Below are positions 19,163 through 28,944 of a DNA stretch of 51,508 nt, one piece after another. The notes under the pieces are model-generated. The model was not told the origin of the DNA. It made no database searches and saw only the letters and a program-made list of their open reading frames with translations. The stretch is from Cyanobacteria bacterium P01_D01_bin.156 (lineage in GTDB: Bacteria; Cyanobacteriota; Cyanobacteriia; Phormidesmidales; Phormidesmidaceae): assembly GCA_039024555.1 (NCBI GenBank), contig JBCCQQ010000046.1:1-51508 (forward strand), written 5' to 3'. The position numbers were made by a program, and so were the translations under genes. The number at the start of each line of letters is the position of its first letter. The first letter of the stretch is position 1.

Positions 19163-20179
19163 ATGAAAGCGTTTGTAACTGGCAGTACCGGTCTGCTTGG
19201 TAGCAATCTTACCCAGTTGCTGCTCGAGCAAGGCTTTGAAGTAACTGCGCTGACGCGTGAGTTGACAAAGGCAAGTAAATTGTTAGGGGAGCATCCACAC
19301 CTGAAAATTGTTCGGGGAGACTTGCAAGAGGTTGAGGGCTTTGCCCATCACTTGCAGGGGTGTGATGTTTTATTTCATACTGCGTCTTATTTTCGAGAAT
19401 CTTTTGACTACGGCGACCATTGGAACCAGCTAAAGGCAATCAATGTGGATGCCACGATTCATCTGTTAGAAGCGGCTGAAAAAGCCGGGATTTCTAAGGT
19501 GATCTATGTGAGTAGCGCCTGTGGCTGTGTGGGCATCATCCGGGGCGGTGCGCCCAGCAATGAAACGACACCTTTTCAAGAATTCAACTATAAAAACCCT
19601 TATTTTAAGAGCAAGTTGATGGCAGAAGAGGCCATCTCTAATTTTATAAAAACCCATAATCTACCGGTTGTTTTGATTTTGCCAGCAGGTATGTTGGGTC
19701 CCAACGATGCTGCTCCAACAGAAATGGGACGGTTTGTATTGAATTTTCTAAAGGGGAAAGCGCCACTGGTACCCAGCGGTGGGTTTCCCATTGTCGATGC
19801 CCGTGATGTGGCTATGGCCATGGTGTCAGCAGTGTACTCAGGACAGCCCAACGAACGCTACCTGGTAACCGGTGGGTACTATTCTGTGAAGGAAATTATG
19901 CACAACCTGTCGGAAGCCAGTGGTCAGCCAATTCCTAGTCAGAAACTGCCCCGGTTTGCCGTCCGTATATGGGCGTTTTTCCAAAATCTAATGGGGCGCC
20001 TTCAGAATAAAAAACCCTTTTTGCACAGCCATATGGTGCGAGTCATGCTGTCGCGCCAGTGGTTTGACCCGTCCAAGGCAAATAAGGGGCTAAAGACCAC
20101 CTATCGTCCCTTTAAAGACACTATTAAAGATACGGTGCAGTGGTATCAACAAAATGGCTATACCCGACAGGATACATAG
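19163..20179 (+). CDS. NAD-dependent epimerase/dehydratase (dihydroflavonol reductase-like extended SDR)
   Basis: FVTGSTGLLG, YFKSK (YxxxK), VDARDVA. AGGAG RBS precedes ATG 19163. Confidence 0.9.
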   Translation: MKAFVTGSTGLLGSNLTQLLLEQGFEVTALTRELTKASKLLGEHPHLKIVRGDLQEVEGFAHHLQGCDVLFHTASYFRESFDYGDHWNQLKAINVDATIHLLEAAEKAGISKVIYVSSACGCVGIIRGGAPSNETTPFQEFNYKNPYFKSKLMAEEAISNFIKTHNLPVVLILPAGMLGPNDAAPTEMGRFVLNFLKGKAPLVPSGGFPIVDARDVAMAMVSAVYSGQPNERYLVTGGYYSVKEIMHNLSEASGQPIPSQKLPRFAVRIWAFFQNLMGRLQNKKPFLHSHMVRVMLSRQWFDPSKANKGLKTTYRPFKDTIKDTVQWYQQNGYTRQDT

Positions 20180-20304
20180 CCCTGTTAACGTACTGTCGCG
20201 AGAGTTAGAGACATTACATAGAATTGCTTAGATAATCCGGTAAAATTCCCAATTGCGCTGAAGATAGTTCCATGTGTGGATACCTATCTGTTGGAGGCGC
20301 TCTA

Positions 20305-23300
20305 ATGGTACCAATTAAAAGCTTTGCAGTTATCACCCTGGGAAGTTTGTTCGTCAGTGGAGGTACTGCTTGGGCGCAATCCGTTGTTGGGAATGGGGCC
20401 AATACATCCGTTATCAATGACGGTGGCGACTACCAAATTACTGGGGGAGCGCTTTCCAGCGACAATAATAATCTTTTCCACAGTTTTGAACAGTTTGGGT
20501 TAACCGCCACAGAATCGGCCACATTTATTACCCAGCCTAATGTTGTGAATGTGGTAGGGCGGATCAACGGCGGAGATCCGTCCATTATTGATGGGCAGTT
20601 GGGGTTAACGGGCAGCACAGCCAATCTCTTTTTACTAAACCCGGTGGGGGTGATTTTTGGGGCAGATGCCACATTAGCGCTACCGGGGGATTTACATGTT
20701 TCTACAGCAGATGGGTTAGCTTTTGCCGACAACACTTTTGATGTGGTCGGTACTCCTGACTATGCCAGCTTAGTGGGTAATCCTACGGGAATATTATTCC
20801 GTTTTAGCAACCCTGGCTCGATTATTAACGAGGCCGATCTGTCTCTGGAAGAAGACAGTGCTTTACGATTAACCGGGGGCAATGTGGTGTCCACAGGGAC
20901 GGTAACCGCCGAAGAAATTGCGATCGCAGCGGTACCCCAAGAACAACTGATTCGTCTAAGTCCGAATGGATCTCTTCTCAGCTATGACATCGCTGTTGCT
21001 GATGGCAGTAGCCTATCTCCCTTAACCTTGCCAGAGTTGTTAACCGGTGCTGGAGATAGGGTCAACAGTTTACAGCTTGAAAATGACGGTACCCTGCGTC
21101 TGGTCAGTACTGATCTGGCCTTGCCCGCCACCCCAGGCACCACCTTGGTAAATGGCATTTTTACGGCCTCAGATATTACTCTGCTGGGGAATACGGTGGG
21201 TGTGGTTGAAAGTGTCCTAGACGCCAGTGGCCCTGACGGTGGTGGCACCATCCGCATCGGCGGTAGCTATCAGGGGCAAGGGCCATTGCCCAACGCCCAA
21301 ATCACCTACGTCGATGCTAATTCGGTGATAAATGCTAGCGCCACGGACAATGGCAACGGGGGAGAGATTATTGTCTGGGGAGATCAAACCACCCACGCAT
21401 TGGGACAGTTTTTAGTGCGGGGAGGAGACAGCGGTGGCAACGGTGGCCTGGTGGAAACCAGTGGTTTACAAGGGCTTACCCTAGGCAGCAACAGCCCAGA
21501 TATTACAGCTCCTTCGGGGGTGGCAGGCCAATGGCTAATCGATCCCTTTGATGTTGTTATTGATGATGACTTTGAGGATCAGGGGTTTGACCCAGCCAAT
21601 CCGTTTGTTGCCATTTCTTCCCCGGCTCAGCTGACTACATCCTCTTTAGCCACTGCCCTAGGCGGCGGCGGTACGGTCAGGGTAACGACCGGTAATGCAG
21701 GATCTGAAACCGGTGACATTACGCTGAACAGCGATTTGGGCTTTTTTAACACCGGGGAGGCGACCTTATCCCTGGAAGCTGCAGGCAGCATTCTTCTTAA
21801 TGGGGCTATATTTCCCAGTACTGAAACGGGCTCATTAAATATTAATTTGGAGGCGGATACTGACAATACGGGCAATGGCCAAGTGGTTTTGGGTAACCCA
21901 GACTCTGGGGAAACGCCCGGTGAAATTATCAATACCGCTGGGGGCAATCTGACCGTCACTGCCAACAGTACAGCCCTGGGTACGCCAGCGATTCTTCTGG
22001 TTGAAGACTATCAAATCAACATCGGAGATGGACTGTTAACGTTAACTGGGACGACCAACAGCGAAAATGTTGGCATTCGCCTAACCGAAGATATTTTTGG
22101 CAGTGGGGGTATTAGCTTATCCAGTAATCGTGATATTGAGGTGAATACCCTGGTCTCCGATGGCGATATCACGGTCAATACTCCCCAATTTTTTAGAGCA
22201 TCTGGGATTACGGTGTTGAGTGAGATTGGTCCGGCAGCTAGTGTGGTTAGCCGTGGTGGCCAGGTTACCATTACCCATGGAGGTAACGGCGAGACTCCGT
22301 TTACGGTGGGAGAAGCTGAGGTCAATGGGACCGCTGGTTCGATTATTGCCACAGAGAATCAGCTTGACCCCCCTCAAGAACTTTTTGAGGATTTTGTACA
22401 AGGGGATATTGCAATTTTGACAGGCAGCTCTGAGGAGCCCGATCCTGTAGAGCCCGATCCCATCGAGGACGACCCGGTTGATGCAGATGACTGTACCGCG
22501 GACTGCACCACGAACCGCTCACGTCCTGAGATCACTAAAGAAGATCCAGAGACATTACTCACCGTTGATCCTGATCTTGTTCCCAGTTCTAGCCTTGATG
22601 TAGAAGCGGCGATTCTCCGCAATGAGCGTGACTATACCGAGGAATATCGTCAGTACCTGACCCTAGGCATGGCAGAGCCCGCTAAACCCACATTGCCTCA
22701 GCTGCAGTTTGAGCTATCCCTAGTCGCAGAAGAAACCGGTGCCCCCCCAGCAATTGTCTATGTGTCCTTTGTTCCAGAAGGCACTGCGTCAGGAGAGATG
22801 GCTGCTGCCAAAGAGGAAAACCGCTCTATTCAACCTACGGATGTGTTGGAATTAGTAGTGGTGACTCCAGAAGGGTTGCCAATTCTCAAAACCTTACCGA
22901 TCCAAAATGAGCAGGTACTAAAAACAGCGGATCGCTTTCGTAACAATGTGACTAATCGGGGACGAGTGCGCACGCGCACCTATATCAGTGCAGCCCAGGA
23001 TCTGCATACCTGGCTAATTGAGCCCATTGAAGCAGAGCTTAGGTCGCGAGGTATTACCAATTTGGCCTTTGTGATGCCACCGGGGTTGCGATCGCTACCC
23101 GTTGCCGCCCTCCACGATGGAGAATCTTTTTTAGTAGAACGTTACAGTGTGGGGCTTATGCCCAGCGTGAGTCTGACGGATATGCGCTATGTGGACGTTC
23201 GAGAAACAGAAGTATTGGCCATGGGAGCCTCTAACTTTGAGGACCAGCCGGAACTACCTGCAGTGCCCATTGAGCTGAGAACCATTGCCGAAAATCTCTG

Positions 23301-23871
23301 GGCCGGAGACTTTGTTCTCAACGAAACATTTACGCCAGATGCTCTGGTGGCGAGCCGGGCTCGCAAACCCTACGGCATTGTTCACCTGGCAACCCACGGT
23401 GAATTTAAGTCAGGCAACATAGACAACTCCTATATTCAGTTTTGGGACCGCAAGCTGAGTTTAGACCAGGTACGTCAGCTGGGGTTAAACGACCCTCCGG
23501 TGCAGCTCATGGTGCTCAGTGCCTGCCGTACCGCGTTGGGTAGTGAAGAAGCTGAACTAGGGTTTGCTGGCTTTGCGGTGCAGGCCGGTGTGAAAACCGC
23601 CATGGCCAGCCTATGGAAGGTGGATGATGTGGGAACAGCCGGGCTGATGACCCAGTTTTATACCAGTTTGCAAACCGAACCCGTTAAGGCAGAAGCCCTA
23701 CGCCAGGCGCAGTTGGCCATGATCAATGGCGATATTCGAGTAGACAATGGTCAGCTGGTGTGGTCTGGGGGCACCCTACCCCTGCCGCAGGATCTAGCCC
23801 AGGTAGATAGTAGTTTGTTTGCCCACCCTTATTTTTGGGCGTCGTTTACCACCATTGGTAGCCCTTGGTGA
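20305..23871 (+). CDS. Filamentous haemagglutinin N-terminal (TPS) domain + CHAT domain protein
   Basis: Signal peptide (AWA-Q), NLFHSFEQF, ANLFLLNPVG. CHAT motifs VHLATHGEF, VLSACRTA, ASLWKVDD, HPYFWASF, with the His/Cys dyad intact. Confidence 0.92.
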   Translation: MVPIKSFAVITLGSLFVSGGTAWAQSVVGNGANTSVINDGGDYQITGGALSSDNNNLFHSFEQFGLTATESATFITQPNVVNVVGRINGGDPSIIDGQLGLTGSTANLFLLNPVGVIFGADATLALPGDLHVSTADGLAFADNTFDVVGTPDYASLVGNPTGILFRFSNPGSIINEADLSLEEDSALRLTGGNVVSTGTVTAEEIAIAAVPQEQLIRLSPNGSLLSYDIAVADGSSLSPLTLPELLTGAGDRVNSLQLENDGTLRLVSTDLALPATPGTTLVNGIFTASDITLLGNTVGVVESVLDASGPDGGGTIRIGGSYQGQGPLPNAQITYVDANSVINASATDNGNGGEIIVWGDQTTHALGQFLVRGGDSGGNGGLVETSGLQGLTLGSNSPDITAPSGVAGQWLIDPFDVVIDDDFEDQGFDPANPFVAISSPAQLTTSSLATALGGGGTVRVTTGNAGSETGDITLNSDLGFFNTGEATLSLEAAGSILLNGAIFPSTETGSLNINLEADTDNTGNGQVVLGNPDSGETPGEIINTAGGNLTVTANSTALGTPAILLVEDYQINIGDGLLTLTGTTNSENVGIRLTEDIFGSGGISLSSNRDIEVNTLVSDGDITVNTPQFFRASGITVLSEIGPAASVVSRGGQVTITHGGNGETPFTVGEAEVNGTAGSIIATENQLDPPQELFEDFVQGDIAILTGSSEEPDPVEPDPIEDDPVDADDCTADCTTNRSRPEITKEDPETLLTVDPDLVPSSSLDVEAAILRNERDYTEEYRQYLTLGMAEPAKPTLPQLQFELSLVAEETGAPPAIVYVSFVPEGTASGEMAAAKEENRSIQPTDVLELVVVTPEGLPILKTLPIQNEQVLKTADRFRNNVTNRGRVRTRTYISAAQDLHTWLIEPIEAELRSRGITNLAFVMPPGLRSLPVAALHDGESFLVERYSVGLMPSVSLTDMRYVDVRETEVLAMGASNFEDQPELPAVPIELRTIAENLWAGDFVLNETFTPDALVASRARKPYGIVHLATHGEFKSGNIDNSYIQFWDRKLSLDQVRQLGLNDPPVQLMVLSACRTALGSEEAELGFAGFAVQAGVKTAMASLWKVDDVGTAGLMTQFYTSLQTEPVKAEALRQAQLAMINGDIRVDNGQLVWSGGTLPLPQDLAQVDSSLFAHPYFWASFTTIGSPW

Positions 23872-24090
23872 TGAAATTCTCACAGGCCAGTAGGGTCAGA
23901 GTTGTTGAAAGTGGGTCATGGTAAAAATGCAACTCTTTACACCGCAACAACTGCCTTTACCTTAAACTCACAAACAAGATCAGCATTCACAGCATTATCG
24001 AATGGCTGCATCAGTGCCAGCATAGTGAGCACGGGGGACACAAATACCTTTATCCCGTAAACTGTTCTTCCTGAGAATAAAGTGGCATCT

Positions 24091-24225
24091 ATGGCTAAGC
24101 AGACTAAAACAGAACTCTGGCAACCTCTTTCTGAGAAGCAAACGGCGCTCGTGAAAGGTGGTATGGCGCACAAAAATTACTACAAGGGGCCAATCCCCAA
24201 GCATCCAGGGCATTATCGCGGTTGA
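24091..24225 (+). CDS. Double-glycine-leader peptide precursor (44 aa): MAKQTKTELWQPLSEKQTALVKGG|MAHKNYYKGPIPKHPGHYRG
   Basis: Manual translation. Leader LWxxLSxKQxAxVxGG is shared with the 24439..24630 ORF, and a terminator follows. Confidence 0.78.
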   Translation: MAKQTKTELWQPLSEKQTALVKGGMAHKNYYKGPIPKHPGHYRG

Positions 24226-24281
24226 TAAGTAGGCAACAACTGCAATTAAGATTCAAAGGAACACACTTCAAAGGATAGCTG

Positions 24282-24310
24282 GGACTCCTGTTTTGCAGGG
24301 TCCTTTTTTT
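24282..24310 (+). terminator. Intrinsic terminator after peptide gene 24091..24225
   Basis: GGACTCCTG-TTTTG-CAGGGTCC followed by T7. Confidence 0.75.
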
Positions 24311-24319
24311 GTTTAGGGC

Positions 24320-24348
24320 AAAAAGAAACCCCAGCGGGTAACTGGGGT
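24320..24348 (-). terminator. Intrinsic terminator after peptide gene 24439..24630
   Basis: Minus strand ACCCCAG-TTACCCG-CTGGGGT-TTCTTTTT. Confidence 0.75.
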
Positions 24349-24438
24349 CAAGATATGTTTTTCTAAGCGTATGCTTAAGTTACCCACGTGAAGTAATCGG
24401 GCCAACAAAAAGGCCAGAGCCAGGTAAACCAAGGCACT

Positions 24439-24630
24439 TTAGCACAGGTCAGAATAGTTGTTTATAGCATTGGGTACGGGGCTCTCTCCGCGACCGGCTC
24501 CCGGTCTCCACCAGCCGCCGCCGTTGCCGCCGCCGTTACCAACTGGAAAGAGTTGACCGCCCTGGACGGTTGCTTGCTGCTTTTTACTGAGCTTAGTCCA
24601 AAGTCTTTTGGGGTTATTTTGAAATCGCAT
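24439..24630 (-). CDS. Double-glycine-leader peptide precursor (63 aa): MRFQNNPKRLWTKLSKKQQATVQGG|QLFPVGNGGGNGGGWWRPGAGRGESPVPNAINNYSDLC
   Basis: Leader matches the GG consensus (V at -4, S at -11, L at -12, W at -15). ATG at 24630, own terminator. Confidence 0.78.
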   Translation of the reverse strand: MRFQNNPKRLWTKLSKKQQATVQGGQLFPVGNGGGNGGGWWRPGAGRGESPVPNAINNYSDLC

Positions 24631-24960
24631 CGTAAATTCTCTGTTGATGTCCAATTATTGAAACCTGTAATCCGGTTAAAAACACCTAGGGAATCACGGA
24701 AGGTGGCATGAAGTTCGGGTGAAGGGGCGTTAACGGCATAAATTTTGGGGAACCACCCCATCAACGAAAGGGATGTCGGTTGGCAATAGCCTGATTAATC
24801 GAGCTGTCCTTTGATCTTGGACGTCGTTTATCACCATTGATAGCCTTTGGCAGACTGATGGAGCGCTGATTTGAGGATATAATTAGCGGGTTTGAAGCTA
24901 TGGGTTCGAACCCTTTGTCTGTCAGATTTTTTAGGCGCATTCTGTAGGAGGTATACAGGT

Positions 24961-25464
24961 ATGAAACGGTTTCGATCCCTGACAAGATCGATTGTGGGAG
25001 TCTTTTTGGTTGCGATCGCAACATTACTCGTCAGCTGTGGTGGTGACAACGTTGCCGCTCCCCCCACCTATACAGCCGATCAGCTGGCTCAGATTTCCGT
25101 ATATGCCAAGCGTATTCAAACATCTAAAGATCGTCTGCCCGAATTAGCAGGCTACATCCGTGACGATAACTGGGCTAATATTGACAACTTTATCCACGGT
25201 CCTTTGGGTGAGCTGAGAACCCGGATGAATCGCCTGGCGTTTTCACTATTGCCCGACGATAAAGCTGATGCCCTAAAGCTTTCCGATGAAATTTCGGAAG
25301 ATCTCGAAGCCATGAGTGCCGCTGTGGGCGTGTTTGATAGCAACCGTACCAACCAGGCCTATATTCGCTTTGCAAAGGACCTGAGCCTATTTCTAGATAG
25401 CGTCCCTAAGGCACCTGCTGGAGAGGATACTGCCAGCATCGCTGTGGAAAATGTTAACGTCTAG
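24961..25464 (+). CDS. psbQ: Photosystem II extrinsic lipoprotein PsbQ (CyanoQ)
   Basis: Lipobox LVSC, PPTYT..QL, FIHGPLGELR, LLP.D. AGGAGG RBS. Confidence 0.92.
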   Translation: MKRFRSLTRSIVGVFLVAIATLLVSCGGDNVAAPPTYTADQLAQISVYAKRIQTSKDRLPELAGYIRDDNWANIDNFIHGPLGELRTRMNRLAFSLLPDDKADALKLSDEISEDLEAMSAAVGVFDSNRTNQAYIRFAKDLSLFLDSVPKAPAGEDTASIAVENVNV

Positions 25465-25531
25465 GCGTTACTGATTTAGGGGATGAAGCGATTACAATAA
25501 TCGGTACCCATTTAATCCGTAACTTGAATCG

Positions 25532-26641
25532 ATGACCCGAATTGCAATTGTTGGTTGTGGCATTGTTGGCGCTACCATCGCCTACGAGCTGAGTCGCCAT
25601 AGCCAGTTAGACATTCACCTCATCGAGCAGCAAAATCCTGCCCAAGGCTCTACCCAAGCAGCCTTGGGCGTTTTAATGGGCATCATTAGCCACAAGGTTA
25701 AGGGCCGAAACTGGCGACTACGCCGGGATAGCATTGAGCGCTACAAAACCTTACTGCCTGAACTAGAAGCAGCTTTGGGGCGACAGATTCCCCATGTGCA
25801 AGGTCTTCTCAGTCTGTGTTTTGATTCAGACCAATTGCCCCGCTGGCAGTCTTTGCAAGCAAAGCGAGCGGACCAGGGATATGCGCTAGAAATTTGGTCT
25901 CCCGAGCAGTTACGACAGCAGTGTCCCCAAATTAATGCCCATACCGTTACAGCAGCTATTTTCTCTCCTGAGGACGGTCAGGTGCATCCCCACCAGCTTA
26001 CCCTGGCATTGGTGGAAGCGGCTAAACAGCGAGGGGTAACAACCCACTGGCAAAGTCCTGTCCTGGGACTAAAAACCCAGCCCTGCACCCAGCTACAGCT
26101 GCCAGAAACTACCCTTGATGCAGATTTTGTCGTGATATCGGCGGGACTGGACTCCGCTGATCTAAGCCAAATTGGAACAGAACCCCTACCCATGATTCCA
26201 GTTTTGGGTCAGGCCCTTGAACTAGAGCTAGACCAGCCTCTGGGACATGACAACTTTCAACCGGTGATTAATGGCCATGATGTGCATATTGTACCATTGG
26301 GAGAGAATCGCTACTGGCTAGGGGCAACGGTGGAATTTCCGCCAGGGGGAGAAGCCGTTGAATTACCCTTAGCAGAAGATCTTGAGCTAGCACCAGAAGC
26401 AGAACGGCTAGAGCACATGCGACAGATTGCCACGGATTATTGTCCGGCCCTGATTAAAGCGCGAATTGTGCGTCACTGGAGTGGGTTACGACCGCGCCCC
26501 CAGGGGCAAGGTGCGCCCGTGATTAAGCCCCTAGCTGGCTTGGAAAACGTGATTTTAGCCACAGGGCATTATCGCAATGGTGTATTGTTGGCTCCGGCTA
26601 CCGCAATGACGGTAGAGGCGCTGTTGGGGCTTTTAGATTAG
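25532..26641 (+). CDS. FAD-dependent oxidoreductase (DAO/glycine oxidase-like)
   Basis: IVGCGIVG, ST.AALGVL, WSGLRPRP, ATGHYRNGVLLAP. Confidence 0.9.
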   Translation: MTRIAIVGCGIVGATIAYELSRHSQLDIHLIEQQNPAQGSTQAALGVLMGIISHKVKGRNWRLRRDSIERYKTLLPELEAALGRQIPHVQGLLSLCFDSDQLPRWQSLQAKRADQGYALEIWSPEQLRQQCPQINAHTVTAAIFSPEDGQVHPHQLTLALVEAAKQRGVTTHWQSPVLGLKTQPCTQLQLPETTLDADFVVISAGLDSADLSQIGTEPLPMIPVLGQALELELDQPLGHDNFQPVINGHDVHIVPLGENRYWLGATVEFPPGGEAVELPLAEDLELAPEAERLEHMRQIATDYCPALIKARIVRHWSGLRPRPQGQGAPVIKPLAGLENVILATGHYRNGVLLAPATAMTVEALLGLLD

Positions 26642-27987
26642 CTCCCTAAACTGGCGATGCTTAAACGAGCTTTGCGCAGGAGAAACTGTAAAACAGTCTC
26701 CTGACCCACCTGAATATCTGCTCGTCCTTGCATACCCACACGAACATTACAGCGTTGGCTATGGTTCTCTAAATATAGTCTTTGGGGTTTTATGGTGACC
26801 TCATAGCTACCAGCCACAGAGCTTTCTGGCCCCACTCCTACCAAGGGCAGGTTCGTTGTCGCTGCAGACAAGGTGGCATCGGATAAGATATCTGTTACCG
26901 TCCCCTTAAGGACACCATAGTCTGGGTGGGGACAGCTCTCTAGACGCAGATTCACCAACTGACCAACTTCCACCTGGCTAATATTGGAGTTGGGCACCCA
27001 GGCCTTAATGACAAGAGATTCATCGACAGGGGCAATTTGCAACAACAGCTCACCTGGTTGAACAACTTGATTGAGGTTGCGCAAATTAGTGGTTTGTATT
27101 TGACCAGAGACAGGAGCTTTTAATTCCAGTTGCGATCGCTCCAGGGTCAGCCGCTCCAACAATGCCTGTTGTTGAGAAATTTTACCTTCCAGTACGGTAC
27201 GCTGTTGCCCCAGATGAGTTTGTTCCTGACTCATTTGATCAAGGGTTGCCTGGCGCTCTAATTTTGCCTGGGCAATTTTCTCCACAGCCTGGTCTACCAT
27301 GGCTCGATCCACTTGGTTGGCTGTTTGAGCCTGCAGTAATTGAGCATGGGCCGACTCTAACTGGGCCTCTCTTTCCAACACCGATAGTTGAGATACAGCT
27401 CCTTGGTCCGCAATCTGCCGATACCGATTTAAAGATTGTTCAGCTAGCTGAAACTGAGATGCAGCCACTTGCAGATCGCTATCAGCATCAGCCCGCCGCT
27501 GCTGGAACTGATGTTCCGTAAACTGCAGTTCTGTCTCTGCGATCCGAATCTCACGGTTCCAGCTTTGGGCGTTCGCCTGCCATTGGGATTGCATTAACTG
27601 TTGTTGTTGCTCCAAGCTTTCCCACTGTCGGCGCAGGGCCGTTAGCTCTTGCTGCGCTTGAGCAATGTGGGACTGCAGCTGGATATCGTGTAAAACAGCC
27701 ACCGTATCTCCAGCCTGCACCACATCACCCGATGTAACGACAATGGTTTTAACCAATCCTGTCTGAGGCGCTTGTACATGGCGCAATTCCCCTTGGGCAC
27801 GCACAATAGCCGCCGCTTTAACCTTGACACTGTAGGGGATAAACCAGCATCCGCCAATTGTCGCAACCAGGGTAAACAGGGCCGCTATGCCTCCCCCCCA
27901 TACTAAAGGATGGGGAGACTGTAAAAATTCTTCTTGGGCATTAATCTGAATCGTTTGAGAAACTAACTTTTCCATATTGGATGACAT
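26638..27987 (-). CDS. HlyD-family membrane fusion protein (type I secretion adaptor)
   Basis: N-terminal TM, GELRHVQAP..G.V..I.V..GD.V..GD, long coiled coil, APVSG, L..CP.PDYG.L.G.V, VGMQGRADI. Confidence 0.92.
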   Translation of the reverse strand: MSSNMEKLVSQTIQINAQEEFLQSPHPLVWGGGIAALFTLVATIGGCWFIPYSVKVKAAAIVRAQGELRHVQAPQTGLVKTIVVTSGDVVQAGDTVAVLHDIQLQSHIAQAQQELTALRRQWESLEQQQQLMQSQWQANAQSWNREIRIAETELQFTEHQFQQRRADADSDLQVAASQFQLAEQSLNRYRQIADQGAVSQLSVLEREAQLESAHAQLLQAQTANQVDRAMVDQAVEKIAQAKLERQATLDQMSQEQTHLGQQRTVLEGKISQQQALLERLTLERSQLELKAPVSGQIQTTNLRNLNQVVQPGELLLQIAPVDESLVIKAWVPNSNISQVEVGQLVNLRLESCPHPDYGVLKGTVTDILSDATLSAATTNLPLVGVGPESSVAGSYEVTIKPQRLYLENHSQRCNVRVGMQGRADIQVGQETVLQFLLRKARLSIASLGS

Positions 27988-28262
27988 ATATCACACATAA
28001 AAATACTTCTAAAAATAGATAACATCGAATCAACTATGCTTTAGTCGTAGTGACTTTATTAAAGCTATTAATAAGTTAGTAAGATAATTTTTCATCAACT
28101 CTAAAAATAGCCTTTTAGTATAACAAAAACTCTCCAATGATCTGATTTTAGCCATTAAAAATAATGGGAATATATTCTGAAAAATAACGTAAACCACTGT
28201 TCCTATGAGTCTGAAATGCCATTTACAAAGGGGATCTTTGATTTTATAGGTAAAAATACTCC

Positions 28263-28315
28263 CTAGTAATTAATACTAGATGGCTCTTGACGCACTGGTT
28301 TTGAATCAGTATATT
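28263..28315 (+). promoter_or_regulatory. Sigma70-like promoter with upstream palindrome for the peptide gene 28457..28603
   Basis: TTGACG (28287-92), 17-nt spacer, TATATT (28310-15). Palindrome CTAGTA-ATTAA-TACTAG at 28263-28279. Confidence 0.6.
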
Positions 28316-28456
28316 CCCTAATAGAGTCTTTTAGTGCTCGGTGAATATACGGTTTCAAAAATGTTAGATTCAACGATTTTTATTTGTTTGAGTATTCATT
28401 TTCCGTATATTCACTGAGCTGCTATGTTTATTTTGAGTTTAGGAGATTTTTGAGTT

Positions 28457-28603
28457 ATGTCTAAGTTCTTTTCAAAGCTATTGGGCCGCAAGCAAAACGA
28501 AAACACGACTGTTAAGGACTCCACGCCAGCCGTAACCAAAGATATTCAAGATTCTGAGGCTGATAAAGTCTCCGGTGGTCTTGGCTATGCTTCCTGGTGG
28601 TAA
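28457..28603 (+). CDS. Double-glycine-leader peptide precursor (48 aa): MSKFFSKLLGRKQNENTTVKDSTPAVTKDIQDSEADKVSGG|LGYASWW
   Basis: Manual translation. AGGAG RBS at 28441, IxxxExxxVSGG leader. Lies between HlyD and the C39 ABC transporter. Confidence 0.82.
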   Translation: MSKFFSKLLGRKQNENTTVKDSTPAVTKDIQDSEADKVSGGLGYASWW

Positions 28604-28944
28604 ACAAAACTGGTTCTTGAGGTTTGTTGAATTAGCCAATTCTCGGAGTTGGAGAGCACGAAGCGTCTAAATCTCCTTGTTTGAAGAGGCTGATTTTATC
28701 AACGATATTGGGGCTGCCTTTGTAGCAAATTGCTTACAAAGGTGGCCCTTTTACTATGTCGGCCTATGACATTAGATTTTTGATCCTGTATTTTGGAAAG
28801 TTTTTCGGAGCATTGCGTCCTCTGAATCAGCAGCGGCGCTATCTTTTTAACTATTTTTTTAGAGAGATAATTCACTGAATCGAAAACAAGTTGGCACAAT
28901 AAAAGGGCTCCTCTGGGGGTGATCCCGTTGTTTTCATCGATTAG

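Noticed and set aside
25532..26641. FAD oxidoreductase as a tailoring enzyme for the GG peptides
   Set aside because: It is co-directional with psbQ, a pairing I recall as common in cyanobacteria, and is only convergent on hlyD.
28263..28279. Palindrome as an NtcA box
   Set aside because: Spacing is GTA-N5-TAC, not GTA-N8-TAC.
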